Below, piece by piece: positions 63,830-64,000 of a DNA stretch of 64,000 bases (position 1 is the stretch's first letter; each line of letters starts with the position of its first letter). The stretch covers positions 15,583-79,582 of the forward strand of contig JAUYPI010000015.1 in the NCBI GenBank assembly GCA_030697645.1. The letters run 5' to 3'. Below the pieces are notes generated by a model that was not told where the DNA came from, made no database searches, and saw only the letters and a list, made by a program, of their open reading frames with translations. This stretch comes from a bacterium (GTDB lineage: Bacteria > Patescibacteriota > Minisyncoccia > Phycocordibacterales > VMGT01). The translations under genes were made by a program, and so were the position numbers.

Positions 63830-64000
63830 GAATCATGAATTAAGAAGCATGGAGTCCGTTCCCACACTTCATGGTTCACGACCCATGATTCATACTTCAT
63901 GCTCCATACTGCATGACTGCACGTCCCATACTTCATACTTCTTGATTCATGCTTCACGTCCCATGATTCATGCTTCATGATCCATGCTTCAAGTCAGGCA
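63830..64000. repeat. Array of degenerate CATGATTCAT / CTTCATACTTCAT units running to the window edge
   Basis: catgaatcatgaattaagaagcatgg ... ccatgattcatacttcatgctccatactgcatgac ... ccatacttcatacttcttgattcatgcttc ... Same unit family as 22470..22540 and 35740..35772. Confidence 0.6.

Noticed and set aside
62838-63836. 332-aa minus-strand ORF
   Set aside because: It is antisense to ndk, which has unambiguous NDK motifs, and to the small membrane ORFs. The product has no motifs.

Overview
The window is a roughly 60% GC bacterial chromosomal fragment with hallmarks of a Candidate Phyla Radiation (Patescibacteria)-like genome. Which lineage it belongs to is an inference. A 16S rRNA gene (about 20761..23386) carries about 1.1 kb of insertions. 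The annotated pheS is short (284 aa). Most genes lack a Shine-Dalgarno sequence.

Core content:
- A pilus cluster on the plus strand: comF (minus strand), pilM, pilN-like, pilO-like, a pilP-like gene, pilB, a CheY-like response regulator, pilT, pilC, then secF.
- Repair and recombination genes: ruvA, recR, rmuC, an Ogt-like alkyltransferase, and a translin-family protein.
- Translation genes: rpsT, rpmB, rplU, two tRNA-Arg genes, pheS/pheT, mnmA and map.
- Nucleotide metabolism: adk, a second P-loop kinase, an archaeal-type pyrH, and ndk.
- ADP-heptose genes (gmhA, hldE kinase domain) next to a GT2 glycosyltransferase and an indoleamine 2,3-dioxygenase homolog.
- trxB, two sigma-70 paralogs, and gyrB interrupted by a 432-aa intein (46536..47831).

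The most striking feature is a pervasive set of hairpin-array elements. Each has n direct copies of an 8-10 nt AT-rich unit, a conserved GC-rich palindromic core (consensus about CAAACACGACGTCGTCCGT), then the same units inverted. They sit at almost every gene junction and often end exactly at the start codon, and the same core appears with at least seven different arm units. Copies also lie inside the 16S rRNA V1 region and in-frame inside pheS. A related hairpin-array family with different arm units (catgaatca / gaatcaagaa) sits in a 16S V7 insertion, in-frame inside mnmA, near 49565 and in the last 170 nt of the window.

Other notable features:
- The 16S gene has three hairpin - AT-palindrome - hairpin insertion modules, an antisense 39-aa ORF with a strong RBS, and an altered anti-SD tail, and is followed by a terminator rather than 23S.
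- Directly downstream is a tandemly duplicated promoter-leader-gene-terminator unit encoding two secreted proteins with unrelated N-terminal domains but a shared C-terminal domain. A third secreted protein (58230..59393) shares a motif with it.
- A block of large unannotated proteins (52873..62679) ends in a VirD4/TraG-like coupling ATPase.

No CRISPR array, transposase or integrase is visible.
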